Both the position numbers and the translations under genes were made by a program. The notes beneath the pieces are model-generated. The model searched no databases and had not been told where the DNA came from. It was given only the letters and a program-made list of their open reading frames with translations. This document shows positions 24,686-37,327 of a stretch of DNA of 64,000 nt, one piece after another; position 1 is the stretch's first letter, and each line of letters begins with the position of its first letter. Origin of the DNA: Mobula hypostoma (lineage: Eukaryota); assembly GCF_963921235.1 (NCBI RefSeq), contig NC_086098.1, positions 6,758,001-6,822,000 of the forward strand. Direction: 5' to 3'.

Positions 24686-25185
24686 TAGATTTTTTTTAGA
24701 TTATGAGGACATGCAGTCCTCTTTTATTGTCATTTAGTAACGCATGCATTAAGAAATGATACAATATTCCTTCGGTGTGATATCACAGAAACACAAGACA
24801 AATCAAGACCGAAAAACTGACAAAAAACACATAATTATAACATATAGTTACAACAGTGCAAAGCAATACCGTAATTTGATAAAGAACAGACCATAGGCAG
24901 GGTAAAAAAAAGTCTCAAAGTCTCTGCCGAACGCTTCGACCCCGGCCCGGCAACAGGCAATAGGCAAAGCCGAGGATTTGGGGCCTTCCCCTCCGGAGAT
25001 TCTCGATCGCACAGTAGCAGCGGCAACGAACCGGGCATTTCAGAAGTTTCTCCAGTTGTTCCTCTGTGCTTCTCATGTCTGTCTCCATCAAATCAGGATT
25101 GTGCACAGCCCCTAGTGAACACATACGATATCATTTTGAAGCGGCCGCGCGCGCTGCGTCGCGCCGCCATCTTCTCCTCCCCTCC
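24686..25185 (-). mobile_element. Non-autonomous LINE derivative with CpG-rich 5' end, copy A, inserted in a V-SINE
   Basis: Flanked by direct repeat tattct (24680-24685, 25186-25191); 5' end ggagaagatggcggcgcg; 3' end aatgacaataaaagaggac..aatcta; homologous to 50230-50820. Confidence 0.75.
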
Positions 25186-25939
25186 TATTCTGGCATTGTC
25201 TGTAAGAATATTTGTACATCCTTTCTGTGTGTGCTTTGGATTTCCTCCAGTTTCCCCCAACAGTCCAAAGAGGTACCAGTTGTAGGTTAGCCAGTCATTG
25301 TGAATTGTCCTGTGGTTGGACGAGGGTTAAATCGGTGAGTTGCCGGGCGGTGTTGTTTGTTGCATGGAAGAGCCTGTTCCACACTACATCGGTAAATAAA
25401 TAAAAATAATTTATTGCAGGATTAGAATCAGAATCGGGCTTAATATCGCTGGCTTGTGTCATGACATTTGTTAACTTCGCAGCAGCAGTACATAAAACCT
25501 GTGAATTACAGTGAGTATGTATATGCATATTAAACAGTTAGATAAGTGGTGCAAAAATAGAAATATGAAAAAAACAGTAGTGAGGTAGTGTTCATGGGTT
25601 CAGGGTCCATTGAGAAATCTGATGGTGGAGAGGAAGAAGCTGTTCCTGAATCGCTGAGTGTGTGCCTTCAGGCTCCTGTACCTCCTCCCTGATGGTAGCA
25701 ATGAGAACAAGGCACGACCTGGGTGATGGAAGACATTGAAACTATGGAAGTTAGTTGTAGAAGCTGTCTGACCAAGGAAAAAGCTTTTCCTCTCCTCAAT
25801 ACAAAAGACTCAAATGTGTATAAACTTGTTCAAAGTTGTGAAAAATACAATAACTCACCAACGAGATTTCAGAAAATAAATTGCAGACATTCACTAGAAA
25901 TACTGGCTGAGAGCTTTCTGCAGCATTTCCTGCGCAGTT

Positions 25940-26240
25940 CAGGGTGGCATGGTGCCATAGTAGTTAGTATAACGCATCACCATGATCCTGGTTCAGTTCC
26001 TGCCACTCTCTGTAAGGAGTTTGTACGTCCCCGTGACCACATGGGTTTCCTCCAGGTGCTCTGGTTTCCTCCTACATTCCAAAGACGTACAAGTTAGTAA
26101 GGGATAACAAGTTGTGAGAATGCTACGTTGGTAGCCGAAGCATGGTAACTCTTGTGGGCTGCCCCCAACTCATCTTGGACTGTGCTGGTCGTTGACACAA
26201 GCCGTGCATTTCATTGTGTTTCAATATACATGTGACTAAT
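25940..26240 (+). mobile_element. V-SINE-like SINE
   Basis: gggtggcatggtg head, ggttcagttcc B-box-like, gggtttcctccaggtgctctggtttcctcc core. Confidence 0.7.
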
Positions 26241-26243
26241 GTG

Positions 26244-26507
26244 TTGGCGCGTGGCCAAGTGGTTGAGGTGTTCATCTAGTGATTTGAAGGTTGCTAGTTC
26301 GAGCCTTGGCTGAGGCAGTGTGTAGTGTCCTTGAGCAAGGCATTTAAACACACGTTGCTCTGCGTCGACACCAGTGCCAAGCTGTATGGGTCCTAATGCC
26401 CTTCCCTTGGACAACATCGGTGGCATTGAGAGGGAAGACTTGCAGCTGGTCTTCCATACAACCTTCCAAGGCACAAATCCATGGTCTCATGAGACTAACG
26501 GATGCCT
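26244..26507 (+). mobile_element. tRNA-derived CORE-like SINE with RTE-type tail
   Basis: A box gtggccaagtgg, B box gttcgagcc, CORE-like gtccttgagcaaggcatttaa, tail tccatggtctcatgagactaacggatgcc; second copy at 38168-38476. Confidence 0.75.
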
Positions 26508-26914
26508 TAAAAGCTGTTCTGTAATCTTAATCGTTTATACGATCCTTACACCAGCACAGAATTGAGTTGGTCCACAGCACATGACTGTGTGACTGACACC
26601 TTACAGGTGGGTGGTAGTTAATTGGTAGTCTATTTATTTTATTTTGTTTTCTTTAGTGATACCGGCCCTCCTGGCCTCCCAGCAACCCACCTATTTAGCC
26701 CTAGCCTAATCACAGGACAATTTACAATGACCAATTCATATACCAACCAGTACATTCGTGGACTGTGGGAGGAAACCAGAGCACCCGGAGGAAACCCACA
26801 CACTTTTTTATTCTTATATAATTAATTATTTTGTATATACTTCTTTATTCTTTACAATTGTTGAATGCTGTTTTTTGTCCCCAGATCAACACACCAGAGC
26901 CAATTACAGAGATA

Positions 26915-27265
26915 AACAAAATTATGAGGGGTAAAGATAGGGTAAATGCAAGCAGGCTTTTTCCACTGAGGTTGGGTGGGACTGCAACCAGAGGTCATGG
27001 GTTAAGGGTGAAAAGTGAAAAGTTTTAGGGGAACAAGAGGGCAAACTTCTTCATTCAGAGGGTCGTGAGAGTGTGGAATGAGCTGCCAGCACAAATGGTG
27101 CATGCGGGTTCAATTTCAATGTTTAAGGGAAGTTTGGAAAGGCACATGGACAGTAGGGATATAGAGGGCTATGGTCCAGCTGCTGGTCATTGGGAGTAGG
27201 CAGTTTAAATGGTTCAGGCTGGACTAGATGGGCCAAAGAGTCTGTTTGTGTGCTATACTTCTCTT
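26915..27265 (+). mobile_element. CR1 3' fragment
   Basis: KIMRGKDRVNASRLFPL..TRGHGLRVK; FFIQRVVRVWNELP. Confidence 0.8.
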
Positions 27266-27331
27266 AATTCCTAAAGCATGTAATTGTATATGGCGAAGAA
27301 AGACGATCCTTGATCTTTGATGTTTGACATA

Positions 27332-27735
27332 AACACAAAGAGATTCTGCAGATGCTGGAAATCCAGAGTAACCAGCACAAAATGTTGGAGGAACTCAGCA
27401 GGTCAGGCAGCATCTACGGAAAGGAATAGACAGTCGACATTTCGGGCTGAGTCTTGATGAAGAGTCTGGGCCTGAAATGGTGACTGTCTGTTTCCCTCCA
27501 CAGATGCTGTCTGACCTGCTGCGTTCCTCCTGGTGGGTGAAGAAGCTGGGATAAGAAGGTTATGGGAGGGGAAGAAGTAAAATTTGGAAGAAGTTAGGTG
27601 AAGCCAGGTGGGTGGAGGAGGGGGAATGAGCTGGGAGGTGGAAAGGATAAAGGAATGGAGAAGAAGGAATCTTATTGGAGAGGAGAGTGGACCATGGGAG
27701 AAAGGGAAGGAAGAGGGGACCCAAAGGGAGGTGGT
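27332..27735. mobile_element. Penelope-like foldback element plus adjacent purine-rich terminus fragment
   Basis: Arms ggaggaactcagcaggtcaggcagcatc and gatgctgtctgacctgctgcgttcctcc are inverted around about 27450. Confidence 0.75.
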
Positions 27736-28539
27736 TTACAAGTAGATTTTGTCAAAAGTAAGCTTGTGCTGCAGTTACTTCCCAGGAAGTTCCAAGCCAT
27801 TCTCGTTTTGCATCAGATATGGAGTAACAATGATTTTGATCTCCTTGACAGTTATGTACTGGAAATGACGTTAAACATTGTCAGGTAAACTAGACGACCC
27901 TGACTATTCTCACCGTGCAAATGGCATGTGGCGCACGAGCAGTTAACAAAATAGCAGATCTCACAAAGTTTCGTCGTACATCTCTGCAGGGTACAGTTCA
28001 GGGAAAGGAAATCAGTTATTTTGAGTACTTGATACCTTTAAAAATAAGCACATAATTAAAGATTCTGACCTTGACTTACAGAGATGCAAAAGGCTTCAAT
28101 AGCACTGTTTCAGTGAGTGCACAGGTGTGGCTACTACTGAGATGCTTCCATATCTCAGGTCCTTCGTGAAGTAAAATTCTTGAGAAAGGATTATTGTTAA
28201 CAGCAGTCACTGTGAACCTCGCAGCTATGATGTTGTGTCTCTGGAATCAGTGTCCCAGCTGCATAAGGGCAAGTTTCTATTTAAGTGCTTTTATGCTCAA
28301 TGGGCCACAGTGAATGAGTCACGTTGTGGGAATCTCTTTGTTGTGCTTCAATAATTTAATTAACCGAGATTTTAACATTAAACCTTGTTACAGCTCTTGA
28401 GCTTACAAATAACTTAGCAGTTTTTGTTGTTATTTTTGACCTCTTTTAATATTATTTATTTTCTGAAAGTTTCTCTTGCTATTTCAATGGAACCTTTTAG
28501 ATTTACTGATGCTCAATATGGATGCATTGCATTGACCAT

Positions 28540-28975
28540 TGCACCATAAGATATAGGAGAAGAATTAAGTCATTTGGCCCACCGAGTCTGTTCCATCATT
28601 TCATCATGGCTGCTTTATTAACCCTCTCAACCCCATTTTCCTGCCTTCTCCCCGTAACCTTTTATGCCCTTACTTGTCAAGAACCTACCAACCTCCACTT
28701 CAAATACACCCAATGACTTGGCCTCCACAGCAGTGTGTGGCAATAAATTCCACAGATTCCCCACCCTTTAGCTATGACGATGCTCCTCATCTCTGATCTA
28801 AAGGGATGTCCTTGTATTCTGAATCTGTGTCCTCTAGTCCTAGACTCTCCCACTATAGGAAACATCCTCTCCACATCCACTTGATCTAGGCTTTTCAGTA
28901 TTCAACAGGTTTCAGCGAGATCCCCCTTCATTCTTCTGAACACTAGCAAGTACAGCCCCTGGGCCATCAAATGTT
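28540..28975 (-). mobile_element. CR1 3' fragment
   Basis: ORF 28677-28880 DVERMFPIVGESRTRGH. Confidence 0.8.
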
Positions 28976-29074
28976 CTGCTGGTTTTTCACTTCCTGATGA
29001 CTTATTCAACTGTAAGAAACATGAATTTTATTTTGTGTGAGCAGCTTTCATGGTAGTGTTGTTGGCATGGCATG

Positions 29075-30510
29075 GTTCCAGTTGTCATTCCACTCTTTAA
29101 GAAAGGAGGGAGGAAGCAGAAAAGAAATTATAGACCAGTTAGCCTGAGCTCAGTGGTTGGGAAGATGTTGGAGTCAATAATTAAGGATGAGGTTATGGAG
29201 TACTTCGTGACACAGGGCAAGATAGGACGAAGTCAGCATGGTTTTCTTAAGGAAAAATCTTGCCTGATGAACCTGTTGGAATTCTTTGAGGAGATTGCAA
29301 GTAGGATAGATGAAGGGGATGCAGTGGATGTTGTATATGTATGTTTTCATAAGGCCTTTGACAAGGTGCCAAGCATGAGGCTTCTTACCAAGTTAAGAGC
29401 CCATGGTAATGGCATGGTTCGAGCATTGGCTGATTGGTAGGAGGCAGCAGGTATGAATGAAAGGATCCTTTTCTGGTTGGCTGCCAGTGACTAGTGGTGT
29501 TCCACAGGGGTTGGTGTTGGGACCACTTCTTTTTATACTGTATATCAATGATTTAGATGATGGAATAGATGGCTTTGTTGCCAAGTTTATAGATAATATG
29601 AAAATTAGTGGAAGGGCAGGAAGTATTGAGGAAACAGGTAGGCTGTAGAAGGACTTAGACAGATTAGGAGACTGCAAACAAGTGGCAAATGAAATACAAT
29701 GTTGGAATATACATGGTCATGCTTTCCGGTAGGAGAAATAAATGTGCAGACTATTTTCTAAATAGGGAGAAAATCCCAAAATCTGAGATGCAAAGAGACT
29801 TTGGAGTCTTTGTGCAGAACACCTCAAAGGTTAACTTACAGGTTGAGTCGTTGGTGTGAAAGGCAAATGCAATGTTAGCATTCATTTCAAGAGGTTTAGA
29901 ATACAGGAGCAAGGATGTGATGCTGAGGCTTTATAAGGCACTGGTGAGGCCTCACCTTGAGTATTGTGAACAGATTTTGGGCTCCTCATCAAAGAAAAGA
30001 TGTGCTGGCATTGGTGAGGGTCCAGAGGACGTTCACAAGGATGATTCCAAGAATGAAACGGTTATCATATGAGGAGCATTTGATAGCTCTGGATCTGTAC
30101 TAGCTAGAATTTAGAAGGATAAGTGAGAATCTCATTGAAACCTTTCGAGTGTTGAAAGTCCTAGACAGAGTAGATATGGAAAGGATATTTTCCATGGTCT
30201 AGGACAAAAGGACACAGCCTCAGGATAGAGGGAAGTCCATTTAAAATAGAGATGTGGAGAAATTTATTTAGTCAAATGGTGGTGAATTTGTGGAATTTTG
30301 TTACCACAGGTAGCTGTGGAGACCAGGCCATTGGGTGTATTTAAGGCAGAGTTTGATAGGTTCTTGACTGGCCACAGCATCTGAGGTAACTGGGAGAAGG
30401 CCACGGAGAGGGGCTGAGGAGGGTGAAAAACATGGATCAGCCATGATCGAATGGTGGAGCAGACTTGATGGACCAAATGGCCTAATTTCACTGCTATGCC
30501 TTATGGTCTT
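29075..30510 (+). mobile_element. CR1 LINE ORF2 pseudogene, 5'-truncated
   Basis: PLFKKGG, NYRPVSL, KAFDKVP, GVPQG, LYKALVRPHLEYC spread over frameshifted ORFs. Confidence 0.9.
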
Positions 30511-31194
30511 ACTGATCTTATGTTGTTAAATGTTCCCTTCAGTCTGCTTTAAGCCCCACAAGTTTGGGAATTCCATGAGCAGCTGTGTTCTCTGTTATAA
30601 GTTAGGGCAGCAGTGAGAGCCTGAAATTTCTGTTCAACTTGCAGGTCCTTTCAGGAAACGTAGAGAAGGCTTGACCCAAATGCAGAGCAGTGGAGACAAT
30701 TCAGCAGTGAGTGATAACTGTAATAATAAGTGCAAAATAACAAGCTGGTGGGGGGGGGCTCAAATCAAGAGAGGATAGATACATAAAACAGCAAGGCAGC
30801 AAGGTAACTGAAGACTAGGAACAGCTGGTAGGAGGCTGGCCTGTGTGGTAGGTAAATAAGGTATGTGGATAAGAGCTGGGTTTAAATAGGCTGCCGGTGA
30901 TGAACTCGAAAGCGGTGGAAGGTGTCTCCTTTTAGCTGGGTGGAGACTGAGAGGTGCCTGTCTGTGCAGATCTGGAAGGTCCTCCCAAGCTTATGAACAC
31001 CCAACTATTGTGCAGCCCTCAGAAGTAAACAAGTGATTAGGCCACAGGTGTTATGGATTTGCCAGCTGGCATGGTGCTGCTGAGATCTCCTGGTGCCTGG
31101 AAACTCAATTTTGCATTTCTAGTTTTTCAGAGGTTCAGTTACGAGCAGTACACGGACATAAGCCAGGGACGTTCTGTATTTTCCTCATCAGCAT

Positions 31195-31790
31195 GGGGTG
31201 GCATGGTAATGTAGCGGTTAGGTTAATGTTTTGCAGCGTCGGTGATCCGAGTTCAGTTCCCGCCGCTGTCTGTAAAGGGTTTGAATGTTCCTGCCACATT
31301 GCTTTCCTCGCACATTTCACAGGTGTGCAGGTTAGGGTTAGCATGTAGTGGACGTGCAATGATGGCACCAGAGGCGTGGCAACACCTGCGGGCTGCCCCC
31401 AGCAAATCCTTGGACTGTGTTGATCGTTGACACAAAACAACGCATTTCACTTGTGTGTTTTGATGGATAAAGCTAATCTCACCAACCTTTAAAACACAGA
31501 TACACCCATCTCACCAGCACAGAAGCAAGGTAGATAACTAAGGCAGCAAAGTGGTTAATGCAGCACTATTACAGCTTGGGCTGTCGAAGATCGGAGCTCA
31601 ATTCTATGGCTTCTGAAAAGGAGTTTGTATGTTCCCAAGTTGCCCTGTGGGTTTCCTCTGGGTGCTCCAGTTTCTTCTTGATTATTTGTTTAGTTGGTCG
31701 TTCTAAGTTGTCCTGTGATGAAATAGGTGGGTTACTGGGTGAATGGCTCATTGGACTGGAAGATGCTGTTCCACGTTGTATCTCTAAATA
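31195..31790 (+). mobile_element. Two adjacent V-SINE-like SINEs (31195-31480, 31540-31790)
   Basis: Heads ggggtggcatggtaatgtagcgg and ggcagcaaagtgg; shared core and tails. Confidence 0.65.
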
Positions 31791-32517
31791 AGGTACAATT
31801 TTGTCTGCAACACTCTCCACGACTGCATGCATTCTCGGTCGATAGCTTCACGTATGGAGGCTGGTTGCCCACATAAGGTAGGATGGGATCCTCGAGCTTC
31901 TTACTTGTATCAGCACCTCAGGAGTGGAGGGGAGAAATGAAACCGAATTCCCTAATTGGATTTTTGTGTAAATTATTTTACTAAGCCAGGGCTGTTAATT
32001 TAAAACTACAGTTTTGTTGACATTACTATTATTGCTGAAGAATGTTGTCCTTGCACTTGAGTATCACAGTGTGCAAGCACACTTTCCATCCCTGGCAGGA
32101 ATCCAAGGTAATCATTTGTAGAATACGCTCTTTTGGAGGTGAGCCAGCATCTTGTTTACAGCAGTTCTTTCTTTCAGTAATCCTGTTAACATTTGGAACT
32201 GGATGAAAAAAAACACTGTCTGGTTAATGGCAAAACGTTTTTTTGGAGATCGCGGTGAATAAATGTTCATAAAGCAGTGGAATGGACGAGCTGCAGAAGC
32301 AGTGGGAAACTAAACAGGTTGTATTGCTTGATAAATTGAGAAGTTCTTTAATCCATTTAATCTCCCTTGTCAAAGGAATGTTTTTACCTAGTGTAGTGTT
32401 TTCTTCAAGATCTCTTTGAATTATACAATGGCATGATCAGAGCCAAGGATCTCATTTCATTAGTCATAGTTTAACAATGTACTGTCAAAGCCTTTTTAAA
32501 AGAAGGCATCATAGATA

Positions 32518-33115
32518 CACTCAGTTGCCACCTTATTAGGTACCATCTACACCCAATAAAGTGGCCACTGATTGTATATTTGTGACTTTCTGCTGTTGTA
32601 GCCCGTCCACTTCAAGGTTTGACTCTGGTGTGTTCATAGTTGCTCTTCTGCACTCCACCTCAGGCCATTGTGCTTGGAGCTCCCTGCTGCATCACCTTTG
32701 AAGTGTCCGTGGTTAATCTGTTCCTTATCTGACAATATTTAATTCATGCACTCTGCTTTGTTTATTTATTCAGAATTCATCTGTAGATTTTATCCTTGCT
32801 TTCCTAAATTACTGTGTGTTATATGTTCTACCGTGCTTTACCCTGGTTCAGTGAAATATTGTCTCATTTGACAGTATATATGTGTATAGTTAAATGACAA
32901 TAAACTTGACTTGACTTGACTTGACTTGTAATGCCTGGTTATTTGAGTTACTGTCGCCTTCCTGGCAGCTTGAACCAGTCTGACCATTCTCCTCTGACCT
33001 CTCTCATTAGCGAGGTGTTTTCACCCACAGAACTGCCGCTCACTGGATGTTTGTTTTTTGTTTATCACACCATTCTCTGTAAACTCTGGAGACTATCTGT
33101 GTGAAAATCCCAGGA
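32518..33115 (-). mobile_element. Tc1-derived non-autonomous element, interrupted by a LINE 3' UTR (32655-32927, (cttga)n tail)
   Basis: Starts cactcagttgccaccttattaggtac; homologous to 39090-39608. Confidence 0.75.
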
Positions 33116-33164
33116 GATTAATTAGAGCCATTAAACCCTTGTGTTTTCTGTTTAATCCTAGACT

Positions 33165-33890
33165 ATAAAACCATATGATATAGGAGCAGAGGTAGGCCAT
33201 TCAGCCCATTGAGTCTGCTCCGCCATTCAATCATGGGTTGATTCAATTCTTCCAGTCATCTCCACTCCACGTCCCCAAACCCTTTGATGCCCTGGCTAAT
33301 CAAGAACCTATCTATCTCTGCCTTAAATGCGCCCAATGACTTGGCCTCCACAGCCACTCATGGCACAAATTCCACAGAATTACCACCCTCTGACTAAAGT
33401 AATTTCTCTGCATCTTTGTTCTAAATGGATGTCCTTCAATCCTGAAGTCATGCCTTCTTGTCCTGGACTCTCCTACCATGGGAAATAACTTTGCCATATC
33501 TAATCTGTTCAGGCCTTTTAACATTCGGAATGTTTCTATGAGATCCCCCCCTTATTCTCCTGAACTCCAGGGAATACAGCCCAAGAGCTGCCAGACGTTC
33601 CTCATACAGTAACCTTTTCCTTCCTGGAATTATTCTCATGAATTTTCGCTGAAGCCTCTCCAATGTCAGTATATCCTTTCTAAAATAAGGAGCCCAAAAC
33701 TGCACACAATACTCTAAGTGTGGTCTCATGAGTGCCTCATAGAGCCTCAACATCACACCCCTGCTCTTATATTCAATACCTCTAGAAATGAATGCCAACA
33801 TTGCATTCACCTTCTTCACACCAACTCAACCTGGAGGTTAACCTTCAGGGTATCTGGCACAAGGACTCCCAAGTCCCTTTCCATCTCTGG
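33165..33890 (-). mobile_element. CR1 3' fragment
   Basis: ORFs 33448-33819 and 33312-33524 carry CR1 C-terminal motifs. Confidence 0.88.
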
Positions 33891-34210
33891 AAAGTTGCAG
33901 GATTCTTTTCCTGAACTTTTGTCATTGGGGTTGGGGCAATTTAGATTACTTTGAAGGTCATCAACTCTATGTTATTGAATATAAACTCCTGCCTTTCCTA
34001 CATGGCTTGTATGTAAACAGAAACTTCATTCTTAACCTTTCCTTATTTTTATGTAGAGATACACTGCAGAACAGGACCTTCCAGCCCAATCAGCCACTCT
34101 GTCCGGCAATCAATCCACCTATTTGATCTTAGCCTAATCACAGGATAATTTACAATGACCAATTAACCTTCTGAATTCCAAGTTCTGGACCATGCCATCT
34201 CAGTAGCGGG

Positions 34211-34560
34211 CAATATTCCCTCTCATTTGTAATGACCTGTGTGCGCAAAAACTCTTGTGCTGTGCAATTTTTTTTGACCAATGGCAGCAGCATGTGTGCA
34301 CTGAATAATCTCTTCAATAAAAACAGTATAAATAAGCCAGTTCTAAAATCTTCAGACAAATCATTGCAAACTCCATGTTGTCAACACTGTCTGCATCAGA
34401 AACTGGAAAAGGAAATCTGATTGTGTACGATCATGAAATATACTTAACGTGTCAACGAGGTAGAGGGTGGCAAACTTTTGTACGCAATTTAAATTCCTTT
34501 GTGCCCTGGTACCAAAAGATGTGTGCACACGTACACATGCACACCTTGGAGGGGACATTG
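34211..34560. mobile_element. hAT-type MITE
   Basis: TIRs caatattccctctca and tggaggggacattg; 8-bp flanks gtagcggg and gtagcaga (6/8 identical). Confidence 0.7.
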
Positions 34561-35454
34561 GTAGCAGAGTGATGAGGATCTTGGTGTGAAGTAAAGAGCC
34601 TTTTGAAAGTTGTACATTTTAGGTGAAGATAAAGTCTTCGGGAGGAAACTGGAGCACCCAGAGGAAATCCACGCAGTTCACGGGGAGAACATAAAAACCC
34701 TTTGCAGACTGCAGTGGGAATTGAACTCTGAACTTGAATGCTCCGAGCTCAAATAGCGTTGTGGTAACTGCAAGGCTACTGCCGCAGCCCATTAGCATTT
34801 AGTATTGGTACAGTCAACTATAGCGACCTATATAACTCTCTTTTAACATTTTTTGTTGGAGTTTTCAATGATCTTGCTTAAATATGGTCTTGTGGTACCC
34901 TTCTTACCTCACCACTTAGACTTTTTGTTGAGTTTCTGGCCTGTTAATCATCTGGTGTTCATTTGAAGGGTCTCAATTTCCTCAGAAAAGCAGCTGAGCA
35001 GACGGTGTGACTTTCCTGTTATTATGTGGATCGAAGAGGTGGCTCCCGGATGGAAGTAAAGGATGGGCTGGAGAAAGAGATGTATGTTCATCTCCTTTTG
35101 GATGAGGAGAGATAATGAATATGTTTCTGCTTTGATCCTCACAACTCAGTCTCATTTACTGCAGCCCGATTACGGAGTAAAGTAAAATTTCTATTCCTTT
35201 CTGATTTCTGGCATCTGCCCTATTTTTCCTTTTGATGAACAGCAAAGTCACAACCAATTTTTAAAAACCTGTTAAGAAAGCTTTTACACAGAGAGTGATG
35301 AAGGATCTTGGCCTGAAATGTCATTTGTTTATTTCCCTTTATTGATGCTGCCTAACTTGCTGAGTTCCTACAGCAATTTATCTATCTCTCTATTTATCTA
35401 CCTGAATATCCATTTACCTATATATCTATTTATCTATCTGTCTCTCTGTTAGTT

Positions 35455-35900
35455 TATTTATTTATTGATTGACTAAGATACAGCGCAGAATAGCTCCTTC
35501 CGGCCTTTCGATTCGCGCTGCCCAGCAACCCTAGCCTCATCACAGGACAATTTTCGATGACAGCTTACAGTGATGGTGGGAGAAAACTGGACCACCTGAG
35601 GCCAGTTCATTGGCTATATTTAAGAGAGAGTTAGATATGGCCCTTGTGGCTACGGGGATCAGGGGGTATGGAGGGAAGGCTGGGCCGGGGTTCTGAGTTG
35701 GATGATCAGCCATGATCATAATAAATGGCGGTGCAGGCTCAAAGGGCCGAATGGCCTACTCCTGCACCTATTTTCTATGTTTCTATGTAAACCCACACAC
35801 TCTCGGGGAGATTGTGTAAACTCCTTGCAGGCAGCAGCGGGAATTGAACGAGGGTCATCTGTACTGTAAAGCGTTGTGCTAACCACGACGCTACTGTGCC
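35455..35900 (-). mobile_element. V-SINE interrupted by a young + strand CR1 3' end (35597-35788)
   Basis: SINE core gagg|aaacccac is split; the insert is near-identical to 8094-8285. Confidence 0.85.
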
Positions 35901-36084
35901 TATGTGTCTTAAACAGGGTGTCCTAAGTAAACCCAGCCAAGGTTGAGGCCTTCCTGGGATGATAACCTGGGATTCTAGCTGGCAGGAGAGGGCACATTTT
36001 AGATTGCAGTTGTGTGAGACTTATTGGGGACACAGACTTATTTTTCTCTTATCTCCAGCCGGCCCAGCAATGACTGGCTTTGTG

Positions 36085-36086
<2 letters not shown>

Positions 36087-36139
<53 letters not shown>

Positions 36140-36194
36140 TGTCTGTATGTGCATGCGTGTGTGTGTGAGTGTGTGTGAGTGTGTGTGTGTGTGT

Positions 36195-36236
<42 letters not shown>
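36087..36236. repeat. (GT)n microsatellite
   Basis: Directly visible. Confidence 0.97.
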
Positions 36237-36238
<2 letters not shown>

Positions 36239-36772
36239 AAACAGCCTTCCACAGGCGCTGCGTCCATTGGCAGGGTTTGTGCTAGAGTCACTGAAGGTCT
36301 TGCCCTCAGCGTGAGTGTTTAGTTCCAATCGGTGAGGCAATTTTGTACCCATTGCTGTATCCCAATGTTGTGTGATATCACAATTTCAGATTTGTAATTG
36401 AACTATTCTATGTTCTATGTTCAGACGAATGCGATACTGAGCCGCATTAGTTTTCAGTTGGCTCTGTGTGTGTCGAGTGTTGTATTGAAGTGTCTCGCGA
36501 TCTGTTACAAAACTCAGCCCATTGAATTAAAGCAGTTTCAATCATTGAATAAATTGTCACTTTGTTTATTCCGGTTTAATTTACACCAAGGGTTGAGGAT
36601 GAACTTTCTTTACCAGATACATTTCCACATATGAGAAGTTTGTTGGTCAGAGTGTGACATGCAACAAGAAACAACATCCAACAATCATAAACCATAAAGA
36701 AATATATATATAAAAATAAAGTTAGAGGTTAAGTGCCGATATGGAATAAAATGTACATAAATAGCAGCATGT

Positions 36773-37327
36773 TTGAGGCCTCCATAGGTTAGAGTTGGTC
36801 ATGGATATTTTGTCCTAGCTGTCTGGATGTGCAAGCCTGGGCAGTACAATATGGAGAACAAGCTGTTGCCCGCATAGCAAGCTTCCCTCCTCCATCTATC
36901 TGGTAAACCCAAAGGAAGGGCAGAGGTCGATAGGTTTGGCACCAGCAGTATCACAGGAGTTGCCAGTCAGCATTGAACTCAACGTTGGACTGCCTGCTCC
37001 AAATATTTCCCTCGGGGTTTACTCACAAAGCCTTCCCCTTGAGTGGGTGTTGTCACAAGGCAGCGGAGGTTTGAGATCAGAGTTTTCATTTTCCTAGATG
37101 AGCTACCAACCACAACCGTTGAGCCTCATCTTTCCAAAGCGACTGGTATTAAGGCGCCAGTAACCTGCCTTTGCCCCTTCTCCTGCCAGTAGAAACGGTT
37201 CCACCAGGCTTAGTATCTAAGTCACCCATGAAGGCCAGGAGCTGGACTTGGTTGTCAGAGGCTATTTGAGGCACACGCCATTGGGAGCATTTAATAGATA
37301 GTGGGAGCTTATCCCTGCTACCACTCC
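36773..37327 (-). mobile_element. Non-autonomous RTE-derived element, copy B
   Basis: Reverse-complement homolog of 12861-13426. Confidence 0.65.

Noticed and set aside
26244..26315. Possible tRNA gene
   Set aside because: A and B boxes are present but there is no full cloverleaf, and it continues into a SINE body with a second dispersed copy.
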